A stretch of DNA of 64,000 nucleotides from Flavobacteriales bacterium (GTDB taxonomy: Bacteria > Bacteroidota > Bacteroidia > Palsa-965): NCBI GenBank assembly GCA_040377305.1, contig JBEIPA010000001.1, forward strand, positions 128,001 through 192,000, in the 5' to 3' direction. Shown in pieces: positions 10,460 through 19,587 of this stretch. A program made the position numbers and the translations under genes. Numbering within the stretch: the first letter of the stretch is position 1; every line of letters starts with the position of its first letter. Below the pieces are notes generated by a model. That model did not search any database and had not been told where the DNA came from. It saw only the letters and a program-made list of their open reading frames with translations.

Positions 10460-10885
10460 TCATAGTGAATCGGACTTGGATAGATTGGATTGAGACTGTA
10501 TGATCTTCAATGTGTCAATTACCTTTTCAAGATCATGTGACTTATCGAAAAAGAAATCTGCCCCAAAACCAATACACGACTTACGGTAATGCTCGTTGGC
10601 AAAATTTGTAAATACGATCAATATGATTTCAGGATATTGCTTCCGAAGTTGGATAAGAAAACTAATGCCATTAGATTTTGGTGAATCACCCTCAAGATGA
10701 ATGTCCAGAATAACAATCCTTGGCTTGGTTTCAGCTATCACAACATTGGCCGAGGAAACGTTTGGAGCGCACGCCACACATTCCACACCGACCAAAACAC
10801 CCAAAACGCTCTTCAACCGCTCAGTAATGAGTGCCGAATCATCAACAAGCACAATTTTTATTGGGCATATCCCTTCCTTCTCCAT
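10460..10885 (-). CDS. Stand-alone receiver-domain response regulator
   Basis: LVDDS, ILDIHL, FT, FFFDK. Confidence 0.85.
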   Translation of the reverse strand: MEKEGICPIKIVLVDDSALITERLKSVLGVLVGVECVACAPNVSSANVVIAETKPRIVILDIHLEGDSPKSNGISFLIQLRKQYPEIILIVFTNFANEHYRKSCIGFGADFFFDKSHDLEKVIDTLKIIQSQSNLSKSDSL

Positions 10886-10953
10886 ATCCTCTGTTTCGGG
10901 TGCAAAGGACTGAATGAAGGCATCCGTTTCAGATAGGTTGGATCATGAAACTC

Positions 10954-10974
10954 TTGTAGTGGTTTGTACTACAA
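10954..10974. promoter_or_regulatory. Putative NarL/UvrY-type operator TTGTAGT-N7-ACTACAA
   Basis: Perfect 7-bp inverted repeat upstream of the REC gene and just downstream of the NarL-family regulator gene. Confidence 0.5.
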
Positions 10975-10980
10975 AACGGA

Positions 10981-11598
10981 TCAAACTAACTTGTTGTCCA
11001 GGGCATATCGCGTAATTTCGGCGTTATTGCCGAGGTTTAGTTTCTCCAGTATTCGGGCGCGGTAGGTGCTAATGGTGTTTACACTCAACACGATTTCGTC
11101 GGCAATCTCCGACACCGTTTTACCTGAAGCGATAAGCTGGAGTACCTGCAACTCTCGATCTGACAGGGCGTCATAGTCCTGCTTTTCTCCATAAGTATCA
11201 GCTAATTGTTCGGCTACTGAATCTGAAATATACTTACGTCCGGATAAAACTTTGTGTATAGCCGCAAGGAGTTCCTTTGTGGCGCTTTGTTTACTAAGAA
11301 AGCCAGAGGCTCCAGCCTTGAGTGTCCTGATCGCATATTGTTCTTCAGGGTGCATGCTCAACATGAGTATGGGCGCTTTTATCCCATTCGCCCTTATTTG
11401 TTTGAGCGCTTCCATTCCATTTATTCCTGGCATGGAAATATCAAGCAAAATGATATCCCAAATCTGCCTTCGGACTTCAACAAGCGCCTCATTGCCATTG
11501 GTGACTTCCGTAATGTCTGCCACAGAAAATTCTTCGCGCAATATTTGCACCAAACCTTTTCTGACTATTGCATGATCGTCTGCAATTAGAATTTTCAT
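10981..11598 (-). CDS. NarL/LuxR family DNA-binding response regulator (UvrY/GacA-like)
   Basis: IADDH, LLDISMP, LSDRELQVL...SVNTISTYRARILEKL. Confidence 0.95.
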   Translation of the reverse strand: MKILIADDHAIVRKGLVQILREEFSVADITEVTNGNEALVEVRRQIWDIILLDISMPGINGMEALKQIRANGIKAPILMLSMHPEEQYAIRTLKAGASGFLSKQSATKELLAAIHKVLSGRKYISDSVAEQLADTYGEKQDYDALSDRELQVLQLIASGKTVSEIADEIVLSVNTISTYRARILEKLNLGNNAEITRYALDNKLV

Positions 11599-13913
11599 AA
11601 GTGCTGATTGTCTTTTCCTTGTAATGGTATTTCCAACGCAATCGTAACTCCACGTTGTTCTTCATTCTTGATAATTAAATTCCCGTGCAACATTAACGCG
11701 CGTTCTTTCATACCAACCAACCCCAGGGATTTTTTGTTCTTAGCTTCTTCAAGATTCAAACCAACACCGTTGTCCTTTACAATCAGTGATAAGACTCCGT
11801 TTTTTTCTTCAAGAGCAGTTTCAACAAGTGTTGCCTGACTATGCCTTGCGACGTTGGTAAGTGCTTCCTGATAAACCCTGAATATGTTAGTGACAATATT
11901 TATATCGAAGTCGCTGTCTTCTACTTCAGTCTTGAATCGCGATCTGATACCCGTTCGCTTTTCGAATTCCTGAGTTTGCCATTCGAGGGCGGCAATCAAT
12001 CCCAGATCGTCCAATATCCCGGGACGAAGTTCGGATGCAATTCGTCGTACACTTTGTATTGTGTCATCTATTAGCAAAATCATGTTTGATAGTCTTTCCT
12101 GAACCATAACCTCACTTTGATTCTTGCTTTTTAGAATCCAGGATGTGTCCATCTTTAAGCCTGTCAATTGCTGACCCAATTCGTCATGGATTTCACGTGC
12201 AATGCGGGTTCTCTCCTCTTCTCGAACACGCTGCAAATGTCCAGTGAGTTCCTTCAACTGATCATACGATGCTTTCAACTCCTCTTCTGCCTTCAGTTTT
12301 TCGGTAATATCATTTAGCATCACCAAAGAAGCACGTGTTCCATTATAATCTATCAAGTGACCCGTAATATCGAGAAACATCACTTCGCCACTCTTCTTCT
12401 TATGCCGCCATACTTTTTTGTGAACTCTACCGTACTGCTCCTCTGTCGTGATCACTTCCTCAAGTGCTGCGACATCCTCCAGGGGGCGGATGTCCTTAAT
12501 CGTTAAGTTCAAAAATTCATCTCTTGTATAACCATACTTTAACAAAACTTCTTCATTGCAATCAATTATCTGCGTCGTTTTAAAATTCCAAATAAACATC
12601 GGTGACGGATTATTCTCGAAGAGATTTTTATAATCCTTTTCACTTTGAATAATCTTGAGTTGCGCCTGTTTGCGTTCAGTTAGATCCTGACAAGTACCCA
12701 ATGCTCGTACGGGATTTCCAAGCGGATCATAAAAAATCTTCCACCGCTCCTCTACATACTTTATAGCGCCAGACGGACTCACAGCCCGATGTTCGACAAC
12801 ATGCAAGAAATGTGATCCGATTGATTCCTTAAACGCATGATCAACCATCTCACGATCCAACGGGTGAACATAGTCGAGAAAATTAGGATGTGAATGCTTA
12901 AAGTCCACGGGATCGATCTCAAAAATTTTGTAGGTCTCCAACGACCACGTCACTTCCATGGTTGAAAGGTTAGTTTCCCAACTACCAACCTTCGCTAAAG
13001 CTTGCGCTTCAATCAGTCTCGCTTCACTGACTTGCAACATCCTGGTTTTTTCTTCAACCAGTTTGTTCAGCTTCAAAGGCTGCCTTGCAAGATACCAGGC
13101 AAAGATGCCGCCCACCAGTGAGAGAAGAAACCCAAGAATAGAAATGGCTAAGACTCCTAAAAATGCTTTTTTGTTTTTCGACATTACATGCAACTTCCAC
13201 TCACCATCTGGGATTTCAATTACAACTGACTGACCAGATTCAAACGATCTCGATTCAGGTAAAAAGTATTCTTCCTTTAATGTGGTTGGATTAACTTTTG
13301 ACAATTGATACACGAATTCATTGCCCGGGAGCGTATCAATACCTGCGGCCTTCAAAAGTGTGGATATCTTAATAAGAACCGCAGCGAAGCCCTGAAACTC
13401 ATTGTTAATGAAAATAGGGAGTCGACCAACGACCGCAACTCCTCCCTGCTTCAATTCGAATGGACCTGCAAAATAAAGCGACTTCATATCTATCGCCTTG
13501 TACGCCTCCTGGTTACGCAAGGAATCTTCAAGGATATTATAACCAATAGCTGCTTCATTTCCCTGTAACGGATAGACATTGGTTATTTCCCCTCCCTGGG
13601 TTAATTCAAGTGCATCGATAAATTTGTTCGATTGCAAAATGCGCTTCGCAATGGAGTCGAAATTTTTGGGAACTCCATATTCCTCCACAACAAACTTCAA
13701 TGTTTGCACTGCAGCAAGATCGTAGCTCAATGCAGTTTGCAACCTATCCTTTACCGAATTTATCTCCCGAAGAATCTGATTGTGCTTTTCCTCTTTGACG
13801 ATCAAGTACCGCTGATAGGATAGAAACTGAGTTAAGCCCGCGATTAATAAAAAAACGATCAGTCCCGTTAAGCGAGGAGTTTTGCTGCTTGAAGTAGTAG
13901 TGTTCGCTTTCAT
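11595..13913 (-). CDS. Membrane sensor kinase CHASE-PAS-PAS-HisKA_3-HATPase
   Basis: Two TM helices around a CHASE-like domain (AGPFELKQGG), two PAS domains, ERTRIAREIHDELGQ, QEALTNVARH, SLGLVGMKER; 4-nt overlap with the regulator. Confidence 0.9.
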   Translation of the reverse strand: MKANTTTSSSKTPRLTGLIVFLLIAGLTQFLSYQRYLIVKEEKHNQILREINSVKDRLQTALSYDLAAVQTLKFVVEEYGVPKNFDSIAKRILQSNKFIDALELTQGGEITNVYPLQGNEAAIGYNILEDSLRNQEAYKAIDMKSLYFAGPFELKQGGVAVVGRLPIFINNEFQGFAAVLIKISTLLKAAGIDTLPGNEFVYQLSKVNPTTLKEEYFLPESRSFESGQSVVIEIPDGEWKLHVMSKNKKAFLGVLAISILGFLLSLVGGIFAWYLARQPLKLNKLVEEKTRMLQVSEARLIEAQALAKVGSWETNLSTMEVTWSLETYKIFEIDPVDFKHSHPNFLDYVHPLDREMVDHAFKESIGSHFLHVVEHRAVSPSGAIKYVEERWKIFYDPLGNPVRALGTCQDLTERKQAQLKIIQSEKDYKNLFENNPSPMFIWNFKTTQIIDCNEEVLLKYGYTRDEFLNLTIKDIRPLEDVAALEEVITTEEQYGRVHKKVWRHKKKSGEVMFLDITGHLIDYNGTRASLVMLNDITEKLKAEEELKASYDQLKELTGHLQRVREEERTRIAREIHDELGQQLTGLKMDTSWILKSKNQSEVMVQERLSNMILLIDDTIQSVRRIASELRPGILDDLGLIAALEWQTQEFEKRTGIRSRFKTEVEDSDFDINIVTNIFRVYQEALTNVARHSQATLVETALEEKNGVLSLIVKDNGVGLNLEEAKNKKSLGLVGMKERALMLHGNLIIKNEEQRGVTIALEIPLQGKDNQHL

Positions 13914-14102
13914 TTTGTATGAATAACGTTTACCGTGCTATCAGCGGCGTACTGACTAAGCTGCGAACCTCTGCTCCAATGCCAACATGTAACTTAAGAA
14001 AGGTATGCGTTTTATGCCCTATTTCCTAAGCTAAACAATTAATATGCCTCTGATGGACCCGATCTGCATGCTATATCGATACCACATTACCTCGCATAAA
14101 TA

Positions 14103-15314
14103 CTACTTCTTTTCTCCTTTTGATTTCGCGCTACTATCGGCCGACTCCTCCTCATCTGTTTCAATGAAGTGCGCGCCGAGTATTTCCAATACAGGCTTCA
14201 CATTATAAATGCCGCGATTGAATTTGTTGCACAACATGACGATCGTAACATCTTCTGTAACGCCGCGATAAAATGCACTCGTGTAACCATGCCACCAACC
14301 ATTGTGGAAGACGGCGCGGGCTTTATCGGGGAAATCAACGGTGCGCCAACCGTAACCGTAGTTCCAGGATTTCTTTCCAACGAGCTCTTCACTGTAGCCA
14401 GTGTACGCAAGGTTCTGCATTTCCAGGCTCAGAACAATTCCGCGTCGTAATGCGCGATCCCACTTGAACATATCGCCGACGCTTGCATAAACTCCTTTGT
14501 CGCCCGCAACACCATCGAGAAAATCATGATCCCAGCGATTCCAGCTTTTGTAGTAGCCTCGCGCCATGTGGGGATGCGAAGAAGTATCGCCTGCTACCCA
14601 GGTATGATTCATTTCGAGCGGATCGAAATAATTTACTTTCATGAATTCGTGGAAAGACATTTCAGAAACTTTCTCCACGATAGCTGCGAGAAGAATATAC
14701 CCTGTGTTGCTGTAATCGTATTTTTCGTCGGGCTTGTGAATGGATTTTACCTTTAGACGAGTGAAGAGTGCAACCACGCTGTCGTTGGTGTAATAGTCGG
14801 GCGGATCAACTCCTCTGTCTCGATAATACTTGTCGCAGATATTCGTGTACTTGTCCATTCCGCCCCGGTGACACAGTAATTCGTGCACGGTCAGGTTTGA
14901 ATACGGAAGCTCCGGAAAAAATTTGCGAACGGAATCCTGGAGGCTCAACTCGCCACGTTGTACAAGCAACAAAACCGCGGCAGCAGTAAATTGTTTTGAA
15001 ACCGAAGCAAGCTGGAAAGACGACTCAAGTGTGAGCGAATCTCTGTTCTCGTGATTTTCCCAGCCGAATGCTTTTTCGTAGAGCACGACGCCGTTCTGTG
15101 CAACAAGAACACAGCCAGAGAAGGTTCCCTCCACAAACTTCTTCGCGAAAAATGTGTCGAGGCTCGCTTGTTTCGCGTCAGCTCCTATTTTCTTCCAATA
15201 GTATTCAGTGGAATCCGGTAATGGCGTATCGATTTTCACAACCGCGGTCGATTCACCACATCCTGAAGCCAGCAGAACAAGAAATAGAAATATGGAAATT
15301 GCAAAAGCGCGCAT
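14103..15314 (-). CDS. Serine hydrolase lipoprotein (beta-lactamase class C / PBP-like family)
   Basis: Lipobox LASGC; SVSK (SxxK), YSN and HNG motifs. Confidence 0.9.
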   Translation of the reverse strand: MRAFAISIFLFLVLLASGCGESTAVVKIDTPLPDSTEYYWKKIGADAKQASLDTFFAKKFVEGTFSGCVLVAQNGVVLYEKAFGWENHENRDSLTLESSFQLASVSKQFTAAAVLLLVQRGELSLQDSVRKFFPELPYSNLTVHELLCHRGGMDKYTNICDKYYRDRGVDPPDYYTNDSVVALFTRLKVKSIHKPDEKYDYSNTGYILLAAIVEKVSEMSFHEFMKVNYFDPLEMNHTWVAGDTSSHPHMARGYYKSWNRWDHDFLDGVAGDKGVYASVGDMFKWDRALRRGIVLSLEMQNLAYTGYSEELVGKKSWNYGYGWRTVDFPDKARAVFHNGWWHGYTSAFYRGVTEDVTIVMLCNKFNRGIYNVKPVLEILGAHFIETDEEESADSSAKSKGEKK

Positions 15315-15318
15315 AAAT

Positions 15319-15349
15319 AAAAATCCCCCGAAAGTTCCGGAGGATTTTT
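15319..15349 (-). terminator. Intrinsic terminator-like hairpin
   Basis: aaaaatcccccg-aaagttc-cggaggattttt after the Cbp1-like gene, abutting the start of the next gene. Confidence 0.65.
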
Positions 15350-15375
15350 GACTTGTGGTGTTGATAAACCAACCT

Positions 15376-16221
15376 TTATTTCACAACCACGACTAAATAT
15401 TTTGAAACGCTCCAGAATTTCTTCTGGTCAGTGATAACCAATTTCTCTGCACGACCATCTGCACCGTCGATTCTGTATGAACCTGCAGGATGTGTAGTCA
15501 CAACTTCTGCTTCTTTCGAGCTAAGTGGCACTTCCGTAATCTTGGTGATATCAACCTGCGTGAAGTAATCGACGTTCGGCTTCTCGTTCATCTTGATGGT
15601 TTTGCCCATTCCGATTACACCACCTTCAAGGCTGATGATTCCTTGTGCTTCGAGCTCTTTCTTCGTTCCGTATGCGTAGTAAGCTGTGTTCAGCTCAATT
15701 GTCTTCGCATCAGACTCTTGTTGCAACTCCTGGTAATTCATGCTCAGGTTGCTCAGCTCAAGATTTTTCTTCTCGAGATCGTCTTTCAGTTCTGTGATTT
15801 CGGCCTCACGAGTTACCAATGTGTTGTTGAGGTTGTCGATTGTAGTCTGCATAGACGCGATCTGAAGATTTGCGTTACTCAGATTCTTTTTTGCAGATGC
15901 AAGACGCTGTTTGTTCTCAACCATCATCGCATAAATTGCTTCGATGTCGGCAGTGATTTTGTCTTTACGTGAGTTAACGTCCCCTTTTGAAGTATCAGTA
16001 GCAATCATCTTTTCCTTCTCACGGATCTCATCAAGATTAGCCTGGATGTCGTTCATCGCTCTGAAGAATGAGTCGAGTGAAGCTGCTTGTTCACTGGTAA
16101 TGCCACTGAGGCGATTAGTTTCAGCAGTCAAACTGTCCTTAACTGGATCAGTCACTGGTTTATCGTCTCCGCATGCAAACCAAAATGGTGCGATGAAGAG
16201 AATCAGAAATAGCTTTTTCAT
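15376..16221 (-). CDS. Coiled-coil lipoprotein (Cbp1-like Bacteroidota family)
   Basis: MKKLF...FAC lipobox, long coiled coil, C-terminal AYYAYGTKKEL...HPAGSY...FWSVSKYLVV. Confidence 0.7.
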   Translation of the reverse strand: MKKLFLILFIAPFWFACGDDKPVTDPVKDSLTAETNRLSGITSEQAASLDSFFRAMNDIQANLDEIREKEKMIATDTSKGDVNSRKDKITADIEAIYAMMVENKQRLASAKKNLSNANLQIASMQTTIDNLNNTLVTREAEITELKDDLEKKNLELSNLSMNYQELQQESDAKTIELNTAYYAYGTKKELEAQGIISLEGGVIGMGKTIKMNEKPNVDYFTQVDITKITEVPLSSKEAEVVTTHPAGSYRIDGADGRAEKLVITDQKKFWSVSKYLVVVVK

Positions 16222-16404
16222 GGTAGATTGTTTTTTCAGTTTGGAATTCATGTAGCGCGGGGCGGTATCATGAAAGTTGTTGTTAGGTATATCTGTTGCC
16301 AAATTTACGCGGGGGCGTTTGGCAATCGGGGCAAAATTAGATGTTTGGGGTGGATTACAGGATATGTGGCGGTTATTTCAGGACATTTAACTGCATCGTT
16401 GCTC

Positions 16405-16541
16405 ACCCTGGACTAAAGTCCATGGTTATCACGGCTTTTGCTGGTTTATAGGGCATTTTGCGTTGGCGAAATTCCCGCCAACACAAAATGCCCTGCATCC
16501 ACAAAGTAAGGACGTGATAACCGTGGGCTTCAGCCCGCGGT
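16405..16541. repeat. REPIN-like element: two inverted REP hairpins around a central hairpin
   Basis: accctggactaaagtccatggttatcacg ... agggcattttgcgttggcg/cgccaacacaaaatgccct ... cgtgataaccgtgggcttcagcccgcggt. Confidence 0.8.
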
Positions 16542-16551
16542 TCGACGAGAC

Positions 16552-18129
16552 CTACGGCAACTCCGCCATCAAAACGAACAGTTTCTCGAATTTATCTCTG
16601 ATTTCGGAGAGTTCCCATTGCGTATTGTTCCCAATCATCGCAAATGCCAACCGCTTGCCGCTTTTGGTGTCTACATATCCTGAATAAGCCCGCACGCGAG
16701 ACATGGTTCCGCTTTTTGCGCGAAGATTTCCTTCTGCAGCAGTGCTATCTGCAAGTTTTCTGATTGTACCCGATTCTCCCGCAACCGGAAGTGATCGATA
16801 GAACGACTCGAAAATGATGGTGTCTTTTGCAAACGCACGTAACATGCTTACAAGTTGTTTAGTGGTGATGGAGTTGTTTCGCGACAAGCCACTTCCATCG
16901 ACCATATACAAACCTTGTATGTCGACGTTGTGTTTTCTCCAGAACTCATAAACACAAGCTGCGCCACCAAATGTGCTGCCGTATCCTTTTTGTTTGTGCG
17001 AGATTGCGCGCAGAATAGTTTCTGCATAAAAGTTTTGTGATATCTGATTCGTGTGATAAACGAGATCACGCAGTGTTGCCGACGAAGTTGAAGTGATTGT
17101 TTTTCTTCCACCTTCCGCTTCGAGTTTCAATCCGTTGAGACGAATCAAACGGATGGTCGTTGCGGAATCACCAACCTTTATTCCGCGCTCTGCGAGTTCG
17201 TTCTTCAACAGTTGCGCACACAACAAAGCCGGATCGGGAATAGAACCTCGCGCATCGAGGTGTCCGTTCACTTCTCCTTGCACAACGCGCTCGAATTGGT
17301 AAGGACCACCGGTTACATACGCATAAGACTTCGCGACAGAATTGTTTACGCATTGATTGTACAATTTCATCCCCGGAATTTTCGGAGAGTAACTCATGCT
17401 CACATGTCCGCCGGAACCATTCAATGAAATACTGAATTGATTTTCGTGAATGGACAATCCGCTTGGACCTGCGCCGTAATCGCTTTGCACATCTTCCCAG
17501 CACCAGCCACCCGGAGTCATATCGCGTTCGAATGCCTCTGCATCTCCGATGATGCAACCCGAAATAGAGTCAACCCCCAAATTCTGAATGGCAGTTGCCC
17601 AGTTGTTCACCACTTTCTCTACGCTGCTGCCGTATGTTTCCGAACCAAGTGTCGGATCTCCGTTTCCGCGTATGTAAATATTTCCTTTGAGCGTGTTTCC
17701 GTCTTTCGATCCGTCGTGCTGCAATGAAGTAGTGAAACGATAACCCGGTCCAAGAATGGAAAGTGCGGTTCCGGTTGTCACAATTTTCATGACCGAGGCA
17801 GGAACTAATCCTGTTGTAGAATTCCATTCGTACATCGCCGTGTCTGCATCAACGGGTCCGAGGTAATAACTCCACGTTCCTCCACGAAGCTGTGCTGCGG
17901 CATTGATTGAGTCTTCGATGAATGCGAGTAGTCTTCCCATTGCCGAAGTGTCTTTTTCAACGGACTCCTCTTCTTGCGTAGAGTCAGCGTTCTGAGTCAC
18001 TTTATCCTTGAGCGGAACTTTTTCTCCTCCCGTCATAAAAACAAAAATTGTCGCGAGGATTGCCAGAGATAAAATGGCAATGGCACCTACTTGTTTAACG
18101 GTGAGGGTTTTGTTGAGGATATGCTTCAC
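16552..18129 (-). CDS. dacB: D-alanyl-D-alanine carboxypeptidase/endopeptidase, PBP4 (peptidase S13)
   Basis: PASVMK (SxxK), GNGDPTL, SQN, DGSGLSR, AKSG; likely GTG start at 18129 just after a minus-strand TATCTTTG. Confidence 0.9.
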   Translation of the reverse strand: MKHILNKTLTVKQVGAIAILSLAILATIFVFMTGGEKVPLKDKVTQNADSTQEEESVEKDTSAMGRLLAFIEDSINAAAQLRGGTWSYYLGPVDADTAMYEWNSTTGLVPASVMKIVTTGTALSILGPGYRFTTSLQHDGSKDGNTLKGNIYIRGNGDPTLGSETYGSSVEKVVNNWATAIQNLGVDSISGCIIGDAEAFERDMTPGGWCWEDVQSDYGAGPSGLSIHENQFSISLNGSGGHVSMSYSPKIPGMKLYNQCVNNSVAKSYAYVTGGPYQFERVVQGEVNGHLDARGSIPDPALLCAQLLKNELAERGIKVGDSATTIRLIRLNGLKLEAEGGRKTITSTSSATLRDLVYHTNQISQNFYAETILRAISHKQKGYGSTFGGAACVYEFWRKHNVDIQGLYMVDGSGLSRNNSITTKQLVSMLRAFAKDTIIFESFYRSLPVAGESGTIRKLADSTAAEGNLRAKSGTMSRVRAYSGYVDTKSGKRLAFAMIGNNTQWELSEIRDKFEKLFVLMAELP

Positions 18130-18140
18130 GATGCAAAGAT

Positions 18141-18268
18141 AGACGGCAGGCGACAGACGACAGACGGGAGTACCGTAGATTTGCCAACGAAACCCGGTTA
18201 GAAACATCGTTCTTTTACTCGGAAAACGTTGATTTTCACCCTTTACTCCCGTCTCCCGCCTGTCGTCT
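18141..18268. repeat. Heptamer tandem / inverted-arm element (AGACGGG family)
   Basis: agacggc-aggcgac-agacgac-agacggg-agta ... tact-cccgtct-cccgcct-gtcgtct. Confidence 0.8.
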
Positions 18269-18331
18269 GGAGACTTTTTCGTCCCTTTGTAAAATAAACA
18301 CCCACCCCACCACGACCTTCCTACCGTAGTA

Positions 18332-18922
18332 ATGAAGGACATGGTACCCATAGCAACGACAATGGCCGCAGAGCAAAACAGGCTGCTTGAAGAAACAGTA
18401 CAGCGCGAAAGACGCCGTTTGCTCGAGTTCATACGAAAAAGAATTCCGCAGGAGGAAGATCCGGAAGACGTGCTTCAGGATGTATTCACTGAATTAACGG
18501 AAGCTTTCAGAATGGAACGGGTCATCGACCGTGTGTCGGGCTGGGTATATCGTGTTGCCAGAAACAAAATCGCAGATCTTTTCAGGAGACGGAGAACAGA
18601 GTCGTTGGAAGCACGATACGAAAAAGAATTTGGCGATGGAGAAGAAGGCTTAGGCTTAAACGACTTGTTGCCTGACCCGTCGGCAGGTCCGGAAGCTGAA
18701 TATGCACGCCGTGTTATTATGAGTGAGTTGATGCTTGCACTTGATGAATTACCGGAAGAACAGCGTTGGGTTTTCTGGGAAAATGAAATCGAAGAACGTC
18801 CTTTCCGTGAGCTCGCGGAAGAGGCTGGAGTGTCGCTCAACACATTACTTTCAAGAAAACGATATGCTGTTTTGTTTCTACGAGAACGTTTGCGCGGTCT
18901 GTATGAAGAGCTCGGCAACTAA
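18332..18922 (+). CDS. ECF sigma-70 factor
   Basis: EDVLQDVF, WVYRVARNKIAD, LPEEQRWVF, NTLLSRKRYA. Confidence 0.92.
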   Translation: MKDMVPIATTMAAEQNRLLEETVQRERRRLLEFIRKRIPQEEDPEDVLQDVFTELTEAFRMERVIDRVSGWVYRVARNKIADLFRRRRTESLEARYEKEFGDGEEGLGLNDLLPDPSAGPEAEYARRVIMSELMLALDELPEEQRWVFWENEIEERPFRELAEEAGVSLNTLLSRKRYAVLFLRERLRGLYEELGN

Positions 18923-18923
18923 T

Positions 18924-19020
18924 AGTAAAGAGTACAGAGAAAAGAGGCGAGAGAAAAGAATGGTGCGGATGCGAAAAAGAAAACAACAGCCTCTCGCCGC
19001 TTTACTCTTCACTCTTTACC
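18924..19020. repeat. Heptamer tandem / inverted-arm element (AGnnnAG family)
   Basis: agtaaag-agtacag-agaaaag-aggcgag-agaaaag ... ctcgccg-ctttact-cttcact-ctttacc. Confidence 0.75.
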
Positions 19021-19079
19021 CGACCGAAAACGAGGTCGACAAACTAAAAGAAGTATAAACGAACTAAAATATACAACAC

Positions 19080-19472
19080 ATGAAATGGTTTTTGAGATGT
19101 ATAGCAGCCGTAGTGGGATTCGCTGCACTCGCATTCGCGCTCGCGTGGATAACGATGTTGCTCTGGAACTGGTTGGTTCCTGGACTGTTCGGCGGTCCTG
19201 AAATCAGGTACCTCGAAGCTGCAGGATTAATGATTCTCGGTAGACTGCTCGTGGGTGGATTCAAAAGTGGAGGTGGGCATTGCGGTCACGGTGGTAAATG
19301 GGGACATGGCGGACACGGTTACTGGAAACGTCGCTGGGAAGACAAGATGGCGAACATGACTCCGGAAGAAAAGGAGAAGTTCAAAATGGGAATGAACAAG
19401 TGCGGTGGTTGGGGACGTTGGAATGATTGTGAAACTGAGACGCCGAAGGCGGAGACGAACAATACGCAATAG
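19080..19472 (+). CDS. Small membrane protein downstream of the ECF sigma factor
   Basis: Two TM segments, LWNWLVPGLFG motif, Gly/His-rich tract, MTPEEKEKF. Confidence 0.8.
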   Translation: MKWFLRCIAAVVGFAALAFALAWITMLLWNWLVPGLFGGPEIRYLEAAGLMILGRLLVGGFKSGGGHCGHGGKWGHGGHGYWKRRWEDKMANMTPEEKEKFKMGMNKCGGWGRWNDCETETPKAETNNTQ

Positions 19473-19587
19473 TCAATACGCAATGCGCAGTCACTAATCT
19501 GAGACTGGAATTAAAAGAAAAAGGTTCGAGAGTCAAATCTTCGAACCTTTTTCTTTTTGCGCTTTGGCTATTGCGTATTGCTCATTG
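19460..19587. repeat. Heptamer tandem / inverted-arm element (CAATACG family) enclosing a terminator
   Basis: caatacg-caatagt-caatacg-caatgcg ... cgctttg-gctattg-cgtattg-ctcattg. Confidence 0.75.
19513..19558. terminator. Bidirectional intrinsic terminator
   Basis: aaaagaaaaaggttcga...tcgaacctttttctttt between convergent genes. Confidence 0.8.

Noticed and set aside
14103-15314. Antibiotic-resistance beta-lactamase
   Set aside because: The motifs define only the broad serine hydrolase family, which is common in Bacteroidota
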